A DNA stretch of 64,000 bases. It comes from Armatimonadota bacterium (GTDB lineage Bacteria; Armatimonadota; HRBIN16). Shown piece by piece: positions 53,431 to 63,484 of the stretch (position 1 is the stretch's first letter; every line of letters starts with the position of its first letter). The notes under the pieces are model-generated. The model made no database searches. It was given only the letters and a program-made list of their open reading frames with translations, and was not told the origin of the DNA. The stretch spans positions 192,001-256,000 of the forward strand of contig OY781964.1 of assembly GCA_963677485.1 (NCBI GenBank). The letters run 5' to 3'. Position numbers and translations under genes: made by a program.

Positions 53431-54830
53431 ACTGTGGTCACCTCAAAACCGAGGTAGCGTGAGAGAGCCTCAAGCAACGCCACCTGCAGATGCCCCTGGG
53501 TCATGGCCACATGGTGCCGGTGCCCTTGGTATCCGATGGTGTAGAGGGTATTCTGCAGATCGGCTGTCTCCAACACGCCAGCGCATCCGAAGAAGTCCGC
53601 GGGTATCTTGTCGCCGGTAATTTTGCCTTCGCCTAGATACATTTTGACCTTGCCGTTCTCGGTCAAAAGTCCGCCATAAGTGACATCCATCGGCCTAATG
53701 CGTCCCACGTTGCATCCGTAAGAGCAGCCTGGGCCCACGGTGGTCAGCAGGATGGAGTGGTCAACCACCTCACCCTTGCTCACCATCATGCTCTGAGGAA
53801 CGGGGCCGCAATGGAACACGATGCACTTGTTCTCTTGGTCTTCGTAGTTGTTGTTCCAGTCCAACAAGGTCGCCGGTGAAGCGCTGGCTTGCTGCAGAGC
53901 GTACATCGCCACGGCGTTCGCTACGTCGGTTTCGCAGGCGGCCACGACGCCGCGGTCGTTCATTTCGCTCAACAGCACGCAGGGGCTGATACCCAGCTCC
54001 TTCTGCAGCTCGATCCAGCAGCGAACTGCGATGGCTTGCAGCTCACCTTCCGCTACGATCTGGTCAAATACGACAGCCAGACGGGCGATGTTTTCGAAGT
54101 TTTGGGCGGGCACATTCTTGAAGCCGGTGTAGTTTTTCAAAGTGGTCAGTTTCGCTGCCAGAGCGGCATCATCGGCTGCCAGTGCTTTGGTGCGGGCGAT
54201 GACTTCCGACATGTCGAAGGTCTCCACAGTCACGCCGTGGCGCTCCAATGTGAGTTCGTCGGTGCGCACCGTCTTGAATGGAGAGGTGCGGGCACCAACC
54301 ATGCCCACGCGCATCCCCTTCACGGAGCCAACCACACGGCAGACCGCTGCAAAATCGGCCAGTTGCCGCGCAAACACCTCACCCGATGGGTGCGAGGTGT
54401 GCGGCTTGAAGGTTGTAAATGCAATCTGGTGCTGGAAAAACACGTCCATGATGCTGAACTTACCGCAGAAGGAGTCACGGCGCAGCTCAGGGCTCATCTT
54501 GTCCAGTTCGTCTGGATAGGCCTGCAGCAGGATCGGCACACCGGCATTCTTCAGAGCAGCCACCGCGCCGTTCTCGTCGCCGAAGTTGGGCAGGCTGAGG
54601 ATCACGCCCTGGTACTCGCCACGGTGCGAGGCCAGCCAGGCGGCGTAGACATCGCCCTCCTGCTTGGTCTCGACAGCGCCGTAACGGGTCGCGGCTTCGT
54701 CCATGATCAGCACATTGTGCCCCTGCTTCTCCACGGCCTCGACCAGCTCCTTGCGTGCACTGGCGATCAGGCTGGCTGGAAAGAATCCACGGTTACCAAA
54801 ATACAGGGCAAAAGTCAGTTTGCGGTTCAT
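53427..54830 (-). CDS. L-fucose/L-arabinose isomerase family protein
   Basis: LPNFGDE, RRDSFCGK, ACETD, FHCGP, GHRHHV; ATGA overlap with the kinase gene. Confidence 0.85.
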   Translation of the reverse strand: MNRKLTFALYFGNRGFFPASLIASARKELVEAVEKQGHNVLIMDEAATRYGAVETKQEGDVYAAWLASHRGEYQGVILSLPNFGDENGAVAALKNAGVPILLQAYPDELDKMSPELRRDSFCGKFSIMDVFFQHQIAFTTFKPHTSHPSGEVFARQLADFAAVCRVVGSVKGMRVGMVGARTSPFKTVRTDELTLERHGVTVETFDMSEVIARTKALAADDAALAAKLTTLKNYTGFKNVPAQNFENIARLAVVFDQIVAEGELQAIAVRCWIELQKELGISPCVLLSEMNDRGVVAACETDVANAVAMYALQQASASPATLLDWNNNYEDQENKCIVFHCGPVPQSMMVSKGEVVDHSILLTTVGPGCSYGCNVGRIRPMDVTYGGLLTENGKVKMYLGEGKITGDKIPADFFGCAGVLETADLQNTLYTIGYQGHRHHVAMTQGHLQVALLEALSRYLGFEVTTV

Positions 54831-54876
54831 CGGTCATCCACCTCGTTGGGTTATAGTCGTCGGAATTCAGAGTTGT

Positions 54877-55881
54877 TCAGCGGTACCACAGGGTCAGATA
54901 GCTCTTCACTATCTTCTTCATCTCTTCGAAAACCAGTTGCTGCCGGTAGCTGGTGGTGAAGTAGCCGAGATTGGATTTACTCTGCACATCGGCATTCGCT
55001 CCCAGCAGACCTTCGGCTTGCAGGCGTTTCGCAGCTTCGGCACCCGCCACCTTGGCGGCGTTGCGGCACATATCTTCCAGCAGCGCAGGGCAGCTATCGC
55101 GCTCTAGTGCGGTCCAGATGTTCACCTTGCACACACCATCCGACATCAGGTTCGCGACTTGACTGGGTGGCACAGAGGAGCAACCGTGCAGAACCAACCG
55201 AGGACCCACTTTGCCCGAAATCTCGCGGGCCAAGTCACCGTGGTAGGTCAGCTCGGTGTTGCTGGCCCGGTGCTCGGTGCCCAGGTTCACCACCAAAAAG
55301 TCGCAGCCAGTCATCGCGTGGTAGCGTGCTGCATCTTCCGGTGAGGTCAATCGGCAGGCACCCTCGCCGCCCGCGTCAGCAACTTCATCGCAGGCGCCCT
55401 CAATCACAATCTCGTGACCATGCTGCTTTACGAACTTCGCGGTGAGTGCGGCATTTTCGTCCAGCGGCAGTGCCGAGGCATCATACATGATGGAGCTGAA
55501 CGGCACCATATCCCAGCCCAGCAGCTCGATGTCGTCATTGTATTGCACATGGTCCAGGTGCGACATCACATTCAGATGGCTGTAAGGGGAATCCTCACCC
55601 GACAGCACCTGTAGATCAGCTAGGAACAGTTTAAGCCCCATCCGCCAGTTGCGGGTGTGCGTGTAGTGCGTGGTTTGGGAGCGGTGGCTGTATAGATTCG
55701 TGATCGCCACGGTGATCGGCAGGTTGGGCTGACCAATCTCTTTTCCATACTCATCGGTTGCCGCCAGGATCGCCTCCATGGTGGTGAGATTCTCCGCACA
55801 GAATGTGGGCACGACCCAGCCTTTCGCGGCGGCATCTGCGTAGATGCCCATCACGGCATCGCGTTTGTATACTAATGGCAT
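54877..55881 (-). CDS. Class II fructose/tagatose-bisphosphate aldolase family protein
   Basis: SHLDH, IMYDAS, NLGTEH, LVLHG, KVNIWT. Confidence 0.85.
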   Translation of the reverse strand: MPLVYKRDAVMGIYADAAAKGWVVPTFCAENLTTMEAILAATDEYGKEIGQPNLPITVAITNLYSHRSQTTHYTHTRNWRMGLKLFLADLQVLSGEDSPYSHLNVMSHLDHVQYNDDIELLGWDMVPFSSIMYDASALPLDENAALTAKFVKQHGHEIVIEGACDEVADAGGEGACRLTSPEDAARYHAMTGCDFLVVNLGTEHRASNTELTYHGDLAREISGKVGPRLVLHGCSSVPPSQVANLMSDGVCKVNIWTALERDSCPALLEDMCRNAAKVAGAEAAKRLQAEGLLGANADVQSKSNLGYFTTSYRQQLVFEEMKKIVKSYLTLWYR

Positions 55882-55971
55882 ATTTCACCTCAGATTTTTT
55901 GCTTTATACCCATACTATTGCACGAATCGCTCTCAATTCGCACATCTTATTACGCAATGTGCGTGGACTTT

Positions 55972-56001
55972 CTTGCAATGCCAGTGGGGCATTGACCATA
56001 A
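55972..56001 (+). promoter_or_regulatory. Putative sigma70 promoter of the regulator
   Basis: TTGCAA-18 bp-CATAAT; the same hexamers occur upstream of the paralogue at about 62503-62531. Confidence 0.55.
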
Positions 56002-56020
56002 TGTAATACGGAGGATGCTC

Positions 56021-56878
56021 ATGTCATACCAACTGCGCGTGATCTTGGGGCCGGAGGTTCAGCGGGTATTTGATCACTTCAGTGCCTGCTTTAATATCCG
56101 CATCCTTTTCTTTGATGCAAATGGTCAGATGCTGAGCGTCGGGCAGAACCGGCCGGACTCGGTCTACTGCCGTTTGATGCGCCGGCACCTCTACGGTAAA
56201 CAGACCTGCTTCGCGCAGGATGAAGCGAAACGGCAGGAATCCGCCTCCACGCACAGTCTGGTCTGCTACCAGTGTCACGCAGGGCTCATGGAGGCGATCA
56301 TCCCGATCTACCATCAGCAGCAGTTACTCGGCACCGTGTTCATCGGCCAGTTTCGAAGCAGTGAGCAGATATCGCCGTGGGTAAAACGCGATGCCTGTGC
56401 CAGCGATGTGCTGAGCTCCGTAGAAGCCGCTTTCCATGAGCTGCCCTACGTGCCGCAAGAGCGTATCGACCACATTCTGGGTCTGTTCAACATCCTCGTG
56501 GAGTACATCATTGCTCAACGCATGATCAGCATGGGGCCAGACAACCTGGTGGGCAAGTTGGTGGCACTGATGGAGCAGCGGATATCGGGCTCTTTTACGC
56601 TGCAGCAAGCCGCCTCGGCCGTGGGAAAAAGCCCCTCCAGCGTCTCCCATCTGTTTAAAAAACACTTCGGTCAGTCCTTCAAGCAGGCTTTTTTGGAGAT
56701 GAAGTTGGCCCACGCGGACGAGATGCTGCACGGCCAGCATATGACCTCCATCACTCAGGTGGCGGAAGCGATAGGATACGATGACCCCCAATACTTCAGC
56801 CGGTTATACAAAAAGCACCGCGGCACCACGCCCAGCATGTCCAGACCAGCCGCTAAGGACGCAGAGTCGGTAGCTTAA
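56021..56878 (+). CDS. PocR ligand-binding domain AraC-family transcriptional regulator
   Basis: YCRL, YQCHAGL, IGQFR PocR motifs; [22 protein letters not shown]; GGAGG RBS. Confidence 0.9.
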   Translation: MSYQLRVILGPEVQRVFDHFSACFNIRILFFDANGQMLSVGQNRPDSVYCRLMRRHLYGKQTCFAQDEAKRQESASTHSLVCYQCHAGLMEAIIPIYHQQQLLGTVFIGQFRSSEQISPWVKRDACASDVLSSVEAAFHELPYVPQERIDHILGLFNILVEYIIAQRMISMGPDNLVGKLVALMEQRISGSFTLQQAASAVGKSPSSVSHLFKKHFGQSFKQAFLEMKLAHADEMLHGQHMTSITQVAEAIGYDDPQYFSRLYKKHRGTTPSMSRPAAKDAESVA

Positions 56879-57067
56879 TCGCCCGACGGAACGGTCCAAT
56901 CCGTCGCATCTGTCGGATTCTTCCCAGTCAAACGATCGGAGTAGGCACCCGCCCCGGACATTGGCAACACTGGCTTGCAGATCACAGACCACAAATGTAA
57001 GGTGCACCTATTTATCCAGAATACCTTTACAAATCCACAGGTCTGTGATATATCTCTATAAACCAAC

Positions 57068-57100
57068 AAAGAGCCTTCCGTCACTGACGGAAGGCTCTTT
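57068..57100. terminator. Bidirectional intrinsic terminator
   Basis: AAAGAGCCTTCCGTCA-C-TGACGGAAGGCTCTTT between convergent genes. Confidence 0.8.
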
Positions 57101-57117
57101 GCGTAGGATCAGCTTGC

Positions 57118-58350
57118 TTAGTTCAGCCTATGGTCCGAAGACCCAACCCCCACGATCGTCCACTTGCCCTTTTTGGGGACCATTGTGTAGGTGACATATG
57201 CCACCTTGTAATGTTGGTCAGCATCATAAAACTGCTGCTTGGCATATGCGGTGTAAGCCCCATCCGACCTTTTGGCTACTTTATATGGCGCAAACATGAT
57301 CGTACCTGTGTTCCGCATCGCATCTGCAGTCATATCGCGGTAGTCATTACCGGGCATCGAATAAGCATATTTGCCGTCGATGTAGACCGCCACTCTTTCT
57401 GTTGGGGTGATATGCCGCGTAATCGGGATGCCGTTGTCATTTAGCCACGAGCTAAATATGTCGGTTAGCGCTGAGTTAAGGCTCGAATATTGGTCGTTGC
57501 GTTGGTAGCTGCTGTCATAGTATCTGTAGTCGGGTACCGGATAGTATACATAAACTGGCTGCCTCACGATGACAACCCGTTCCGCATTGATGAACAGCAG
57601 CCCATGTGTGTAGTATGGCGCGTTGAAGTGTCGGTACTTCGGCTTGCCGAATGCCCAGCCTCCGTATTTGAACCCTTTTTTGTTACCATAGCCGTCATAG
57701 TAATAATAACCAGTCTGGTAGCGTGGTTTGTGCCACTTCGTGACATACACGGGATTGACCTGTGCTCTCGTGCCCCAGCCCTGCAGAGATTCGCCACGCT
57801 TTGCGCGCTGGTAAGCGGCCATTCCAGACTTGCTGGTAGGTCGTGATTGCTTGCCTGGTCGACTGAGCACGGCATTACCAGTAGCCTTCATGTCCGGGCG
57901 GCCTTGCTGATGAACGCTGGTCTTACCAGACGGCTTCGCAATATTCGTTCGGCCCTTCTGCTGGACACTAGTCTTGCCAGACGACTTCGCAGTATTCTTG
58001 CGGCCTTGTTGGATGCTCGTCTTGCTGGACGATTTCGCAGTATTCCTGCGGCCTTGTTGGACGCTCGTCTTGCCAGACGACTTCGCGGTACTCCGGCGGT
58101 CTTGCTGGACACTCGTCTTGCCAGATGACTTCGCAGTATTCCTGCGGCCTTGCTGGACACTCGTCTTGCCAGATGATTTCGCGGTATTCCGGCGGTCTTG
58201 CTGGACGCTGGTTTTGCCAGACGACTTCGCATCGTCTCCGCCCGATTTGTCTCCACGAGCCATACCCGTCGCTACAACGAACAACACACACATAGAAACT
58301 GCGAACGCAGTCACTAGCAGTGATATCTTCGATTTCATTGTCTTAGGCAT
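57118..58350 (-). CDS. Secreted hypothetical protein with basic 16-aa tandem repeats, a Tyr-rich linker and a C-terminal NTF2-like domain
   Basis: Signal peptide; AKSSGKTSVQQxRRNT repeats; C-terminal YTMVPKKGKWTIVGV (the fold is inferred). Confidence 0.72.
   Translation of the reverse strand: MPKTMKSKISLLVTAFAVSMCVLFVVATGMARGDKSGGDDAKSSGKTSVQQDRRNTAKSSGKTSVQQGRRNTAKSSGKTSVQQDRRSTAKSSGKTSVQQGRRNTAKSSSKTSIQQGRKNTAKSSGKTSVQQKGRTNIAKPSGKTSVHQQGRPDMKATGNAVLSRPGKQSRPTSKSGMAAYQRAKRGESLQGWGTRAQVNPVYVTKWHKPRYQTGYYYYDGYGNKKGFKYGGWAFGKPKYRHFNAPYYTHGLLFINAERVVIVRQPVYVYYPVPDYRYYDSSYQRNDQYSSLNSALTDIFSSWLNDNGIPITRHITPTERVAVYIDGKYAYSMPGNDYRDMTADAMRNTGTIMFAPYKVAKRSDGAYTAYAKQQFYDADQHYKVAYVTYTMVPKKGKWTIVGVGSSDHRLN
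57900..58229 (-). repeat. 48-bp coding tandem repeat, about 7 units
   Basis: GA(C/T)TTCGC recurs with a 48-bp period and encodes AKSSGKTSVQQ(D/G)RRNT. Confidence 0.9.
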
Positions 58351-59255
58351 TGATTACACCTCGTTCTCCCGTCTCCATATGCTGGATTCGGTGTTGCATG
58401 ATACCGCTGGTAATATAAGACGCTGCTGTATGTAGCGTTTCCGAGCTTCAAGCGGAGTAATATAGCCCGTCTTCCTCATTTGCTATGAACGTTTCCGATG
58501 GTATCTCAGATCAAGCACAGCATCACATAGTCCAGCATGGGATATGAAAGACGTGCCCAAAACCGACTTTCAATCTGAACGTTCTTTTGAACATTCGACA
58601 GTCTCATCGGTATGGAACTCTAGCGCGACCCCGAAGACACTTCACCTCACGTCTATATGACTGACTCATTTTGCTAAGATGCTGTCTCGCCCATTTGACC
58701 GCTTCTATCAACCCCCATGATGTTTGGTTCGGACACCACGGCATTGACATAGATTCAAAAGGGTGCAACTTCAAAAACTGCAGGTCAGGATTGGGGCCGC
58801 TTGTCGCGGCAGTATCACGAAGGCTGTACCGATAGTGGATTCATCTTCGCCAGTGTGACCTGACCGAACCGTCTGTCTACAGCCAACCTATTTCGTGTGT
58901 GACCAAAGTATACCCTTTTAACTAAGTGATAATGTTGATATATATTGTCGTAATACCTGTATATACCACCTGTTTTGGGATTTAGGTGCTGTCAATAGAG
59001 GGGGGTTCTTGTCATGATCAGGAATGTATCGACCGATTCAGCCGCCAAACAGTATCATGAGGTTGCTGTTCATCTTTAAACTCACCGCGGTTTCGAGCGT
59101 GTGATTTAGAGGAGATATAAGGGTCTGGCGGGGGCAGTTGAAACAGTGATCACGTGGAGTTCGCCATTTCGCAGATCTTTTTCCATTAATCACCACGCTG
59201 TATGATCTCAAGGATGATCCTGCGGGTACTATCGTGCAATGAATAAAGGCATATG

Positions 59256-59284
59256 AAAACGGCCCGGATAACCGGACCGTTTTG
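59256..59284 (-). terminator. Intrinsic terminator after the glycyl radical enzyme gene
   Basis: AAAACGG.CCGG-ATAA-CCGG.CCGTTTT hairpin. Confidence 0.7.
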
Positions 59285-59327
59285 TATCGAATCGAATGAA
59301 CGAATACCATCAACCGAACGAGGCTCT

Positions 59328-61538
59328 CTAAACCACCTGTTGGGTACGGTTGATGATCATGTCCTGCCACTGTTTATTCAACGTGGCAAAGCGTGCGCTC
59401 CATCCAGCAACACGCACGGACAGGTTGGGATACTTCTCAGGATGCTTTTGGGCGTCCATCAACACCACGGAGTCGACCACATCGATATGCAGGAAACAAC
59501 CACCCATCTTCATGAAGCCCTTTAACAAGCCGACCATGGTTTGGATGCCCTTGTCGCCTTTCACCGAAGATGGCATGACCTTCAGCTCAAACGCACCGAT
59601 ACCGGGCAGGTTCGTGAAGTCCATCTTGCAATAGCTGCACAACGCCGCCGTGGGGCCGTATTTGTCGCTGCCAGGAGACGGCGAGAAGTTGGTTGCCAAA
59701 ATGTCGCCAGCATGGTGACCATCGGCAGTGGCCTTGCGGACAGGGCTCCACTCCAGTTCACGACCAAAAGTGCTGATACCCGCTGGACGGAACACACCTT
59801 TACGGAATTTCGTTTCAGCCACCAACGTGGTAAAGCTGTTGTAAACACGCTCTGCCATGGCGTCAGCCTGGTCGTTGTCATTCCCGTAGGTAGGCACTCG
59901 GCTGGCCAGCAGCCGTCTGAGGCTCTCGTTATCTCGCCAGTCGCTGCGGATGGCCGTTACCAAGTCGTCCCAGCTCACCAGTTTGGTGTCGAAAACCGCC
60001 TGTTTGATCGCCATCAGGCTGTTGGCGGTATCCGCCATTCCGCCGGCATGGCAGGCTAACTGGTAGTATTTCGCCCCGCGGTCGTTATAGTCGGCTGCGT
60101 TCTCGATACAACCTTCCACGAACAGCGAAGGAACCGTAGCGGGACCGCCTCCCACCATCCAGCCATCTGCGATCTCGTGATACCATTTCACGTGGGTGGC
60201 CAGACGCTGTTCAAACGCGGTATATAGTTGATCGAAGTCAGCATATTTCGGTATGGGGTTGGAAGCACTCTGCACGCCCATCACCTCTTGGAGTAGCTGC
60301 AAGGTGTCAAACGGCATATAGGTAAACGCCGTTTTACCAGGAACCAGCACTTCCCAGCATCCGTCATTGGTGAAGTTGCGCGCCTCTTCCAAGGGATATC
60401 CCAACTTCGTCATCGCCTCAATGACCACAGGCTCATTGTAGGTGGCGATAATACCTCCACCCAGCCGCTGAACCTCTGCGATGCGCTTCAGCAACAGCTC
60501 GGGTGATTTTGGGCTCAGACGCACTGCAATTGGGAAGTCACTCATGCGAAGCTCTTCCACCACATCCAGCACGAGGTATGTGACTGGATTGGTGACCTCA
60601 ACACCCTTCTCGTCGATCCCGCCGAGTATGATGTTCTGGTAGAACTGCGCATCGCCGCTGCCAGGCCCCACTGGTTTTGTCCACTCCGCGCCCATTAGCC
60701 AGAAGTGCGCCACCAGCTCGCGGGCCTCGTTCAGGCTGATCTTGCCTGCAGCGAGGTCTTTGGCAAGCAGCGGTCCCAGCATCTTGTCGATGCGTCCGAT
60801 ACCGCTCCAGTTGCCGCACAGCCGGGTCCACGCCCAGGTCAGATGCAATGCCAGCACGCCCTCAAAGAAGGTGGTGGGTGCATGTTCCGGCACCCGCTTC
60901 ATGGCTTCCGCGATCTGGGTGGCCCCTTTGGATGCTGCCAACTCCATATTGCGTTTGTGCCATGCACCATATGCATCGAGACAGATGCGCATTGACTCTA
61001 AATAGTCGCGTTGTTTTGTGCTAAGATTGGTATCTTTGAGGCGCGACATGAGTTTCGCTCGTACGCCGCCCATGCCAGTCCGTAGTGCCTGTTCGTAACC
61101 GAATGTCGTATGGCTCACACTCGACTGGTTGTATAGCGGAACTTGATGCCCGGCAGCTTCGATCACGGTGGCACTGCCGATGAGTCTCATACCCGGTTCA
61201 AATCGCAGCGGAGCATTCTCTGAGATCAGCCGTACGCTCTGGGCATACTTCATATACTCGCTCATGCCCGTGACATCGACTTTGTCTTCCAGCTTAAAGG
61301 GAAGCGATACCATCTCACGCCCCCACTCACCCATCACCGCTTTGGTGGCGAGGCAGATGGTGGCATCACACAGGCGCATCTTGTGGGGTAGAGTGCAGAC
61401 TTGGTTGTTGTTATCAGCCAGACTTGGTGGTGTTATTTTGGCCGTAGAGCTCTCTTTAGCTGAAGTCATTTGTGCGGCACCGATCATACCAGCTCCGATA
61501 GCGGTTGCACCAGATAATAGAAACTTGCGTCGATCCAT
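59328..61538 (-). CDS. Glycyl radical enzyme (pyruvate formate-lyase family) with a Tat-like signal peptide
   Basis: GRIDKML, NDGCWE Cys loop, HPEKYPNLSVRVAGWS Gly loop; N-terminus MDRRKFLLSG; GGGAGG RBS. Confidence 0.9.
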   Translation of the reverse strand: MDRRKFLLSGATAIGAGMIGAAQMTSAKESSTAKITPPSLADNNNQVCTLPHKMRLCDATICLATKAVMGEWGREMVSLPFKLEDKVDVTGMSEYMKYAQSVRLISENAPLRFEPGMRLIGSATVIEAAGHQVPLYNQSSVSHTTFGYEQALRTGMGGVRAKLMSRLKDTNLSTKQRDYLESMRICLDAYGAWHKRNMELAASKGATQIAEAMKRVPEHAPTTFFEGVLALHLTWAWTRLCGNWSGIGRIDKMLGPLLAKDLAAGKISLNEARELVAHFWLMGAEWTKPVGPGSGDAQFYQNIILGGIDEKGVEVTNPVTYLVLDVVEELRMSDFPIAVRLSPKSPELLLKRIAEVQRLGGGIIATYNEPVVIEAMTKLGYPLEEARNFTNDGCWEVLVPGKTAFTYMPFDTLQLLQEVMGVQSASNPIPKYADFDQLYTAFEQRLATHVKWYHEIADGWMVGGGPATVPSLFVEGCIENAADYNDRGAKYYQLACHAGGMADTANSLMAIKQAVFDTKLVSWDDLVTAIRSDWRDNESLRRLLASRVPTYGNDNDQADAMAERVYNSFTTLVAETKFRKGVFRPAGISTFGRELEWSPVRKATADGHHAGDILATNFSPSPGSDKYGPTAALCSYCKMDFTNLPGIGAFELKVMPSSVKGDKGIQTMVGLLKGFMKMGGCFLHIDVVDSVVLMDAQKHPEKYPNLSVRVAGWSARFATLNKQWQDMIINRTQQVV

Positions 61539-61619
61539 ATAAGCCTCCCATCATTGAATAGTAAGGGTGTAGTATCACTGGCTCCACATGGGCATACCAT
61601 GTGGAGCCATGTGAACAGG

Positions 61620-62396
61620 CTAGTTGGTGCAGCCTGGCATCACCCAGCCGTCTGGTCGTGCTCCGAAATTCCAAGCTTCCCAGTTACAGGTCAGTGCAGA
61701 CATCTTCTTGTGCCCTGCATGGCCATCGATGTATGAGATGTTGATACCCTCAGTGTGGCGATAGCTCACAATTCCGTTATTCAATCCAATCAGGGTCAGC
61801 TTACCGTCTGTTTTGGAGACAGCATTCCAGCCGTCCCAAGTGCTGCAAAAGTGTGTGTAGAATGTGTCGCTACCTTCAAGCACAGCGATTGTTTGAGTGG
61901 GACTATCAGCGTCATTCTCGCTGACAGGATAGCTGTATTTGCCATTGTATGATGCGTTGGTGCCCTCAGGCCAATGCCAGCCTGGGGTTTCATTCATGGC
62001 GTATGTGGTAGTCATCAAGGAGCCAGGGTAACCGCCAAGATTGGCGATGTACCAATCCACTATCCATTGGGTTTTCGATCTGTCTCTCACTGACGGACAA
62101 ACAAAGATCGATCGTGATTTGGTGTATGGCAGTATTTTGTTACCCCAACTCACGTTATCAATCTTGCCGTCACCTGTGACATCCTGTGACCAATCGTACA
62201 CGCTGACGCAGCTGCCATCGCAATCATCGGCGTAAAGTTTCATAGCCAAACCAATCTGTTTCATGTTGCTTAAACATGCACTCTGTTTGGCCTTCTCACG
62301 TGCTTGAGCGAATACAGGGAATAAGATGGCGGCCAAGATCGCGATGATCGCGATCACCACCAGCAGTTCAATTAGTGTGAACCCGTTGCGCTTCAT
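61620..62396 (-). CDS. Prepilin-type N-terminal cleavage/methylation protein (DUF1559, H-X9-DG)
   Basis: [36 protein letters not shown]...CLSNMKQIG; [14 protein letters not shown]; CAGGAG RBS. Confidence 0.93.
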   Translation of the reverse strand: MKRNGFTLIELLVVIAIIAILAAILFPVFAQAREKAKQSACLSNMKQIGLAMKLYADDCDGSCVSVYDWSQDVTGDGKIDNVSWGNKILPYTKSRSIFVCPSVRDRSKTQWIVDWYIANLGGYPGSLMTTTYAMNETPGWHWPEGTNASYNGKYSYPVSENDADSPTQTIAVLEGSDTFYTHFCSTWDGWNAVSKTDGKLTLIGLNNGIVSYRHTEGINISYIDGHAGHKKMSALTCNWEAWNFGARPDGWVMPGCTN

Positions 62397-62553
62397 TGAT
62401 ATCTCCTGTTGCCGGTATATAGGAAGTAGACCAGCGTATATAATACATTTGCCCCATATAAAGACAAATTGACATAAACAAACTGTGCTAACCATGGAGT
62501 TTCTTGCAAGGATGCAAGGTATTACGCATAATATAAAGCAGGAGATTTCACAA

Positions 62554-63402
62554 ATGCCATATAATTTGCGAGTCATTCTGGGGCCTGAGGTTCAAAGTAT
62601 CTTTGACAATTTCAGTGCCTGCTTTAACATCCGAATCCAGTTTTTCGATTACACTGGGCAGATTCTCAGCGTCGGCCAGAACCGTCCTGAAGAGGTTTAT
62701 TGCCGACTAGTACAGCGGCAACTCTACGGCAAACAGGCATGCACTGATCAAGTGCATACAGCATGTGCCAAAGCCATCAACACGCGCTCGCTTGTCTGTT
62801 ACAAATGCCACGCCGGGTTGGCAGAGGCGATCATCCCGATTTTTCACAACGACCAGTTACTAGGTAAAGTGTTTATCGGTCAGTTCCGCAGTATCGAAAA
62901 GATTCCCGCCAAGGTGCTTGCTGATGCGGAAGAGCGTGGTCTGGGTAGTTCGTTACAGGTCGCTTTTGACGAGTTGCCATATGTACCGCAAGAACGCATG
63001 GACCACATTCTTGGAATACTCAGTACTCTCGTGGGTTACATCATCACACAGCGCATGGTCAGTTTTGAACTCGACAGCGTCGTGCAACAGCTGGTCAACC
63101 TGTTGGATGAGAACATTGCTAGCTCACTGACTCTTCAAGATGCCGCCGAAGCGGTGGGCAAAAGCCCCTCCAGCGTATCTCATCTGTTCCGCAAGCAGTT
63201 TGGGCAGTCGTTCAAGCAGGCGTTCCTGAGCTTCAAGTTGGCCCATGCCGATGTGTTGTTAAAGACCCAATCTGAGATGACGATTAAGCAAATTGCCGAA
63301 GCAGTTGGCTACGATGACCCACTGTATTTCAGTCGGTTGTATAAGAAATACCGCGGGATCACCCCCAGTGCCATTCGGACAGAGGAAGCACCCATCCTTT
63401 AA
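62554..63402 (+). CDS. PocR ligand-binding domain AraC-family transcriptional regulator (paralogue)
   Basis: Same motifs as 56021-56878; start MPYNLRV after AGGAG. Confidence 0.9.
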   Translation: MPYNLRVILGPEVQSIFDNFSACFNIRIQFFDYTGQILSVGQNRPEEVYCRLVQRQLYGKQACTDQVHTACAKAINTRSLVCYKCHAGLAEAIIPIFHNDQLLGKVFIGQFRSIEKIPAKVLADAEERGLGSSLQVAFDELPYVPQERMDHILGILSTLVGYIITQRMVSFELDSVVQQLVNLLDENIASSLTLQDAAEAVGKSPSSVSHLFRKQFGQSFKQAFLSFKLAHADVLLKTQSEMTIKQIAEAVGYDDPLYFSRLYKKYRGITPSAIRTEEAPIL

Positions 63403-63484
63403 GCTAAATATACAGGTACTATAATAGGTAACGCAGTGCGATCAACATCAATGTCGCCTGCAGACAGCCAAAGAGGTGCCTGTA

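Noticed and set aside
52573-54959. Long plus-strand ORFs (266 and 356 aa)
   Set aside because: They are antisense shadows of the GC-rich kinase and isomerase genes.
57900-58229. CRISPR-like periodic repeat
   Set aside because: The 48-bp units are contiguous, in frame and have no unique spacers; there are no cas genes.
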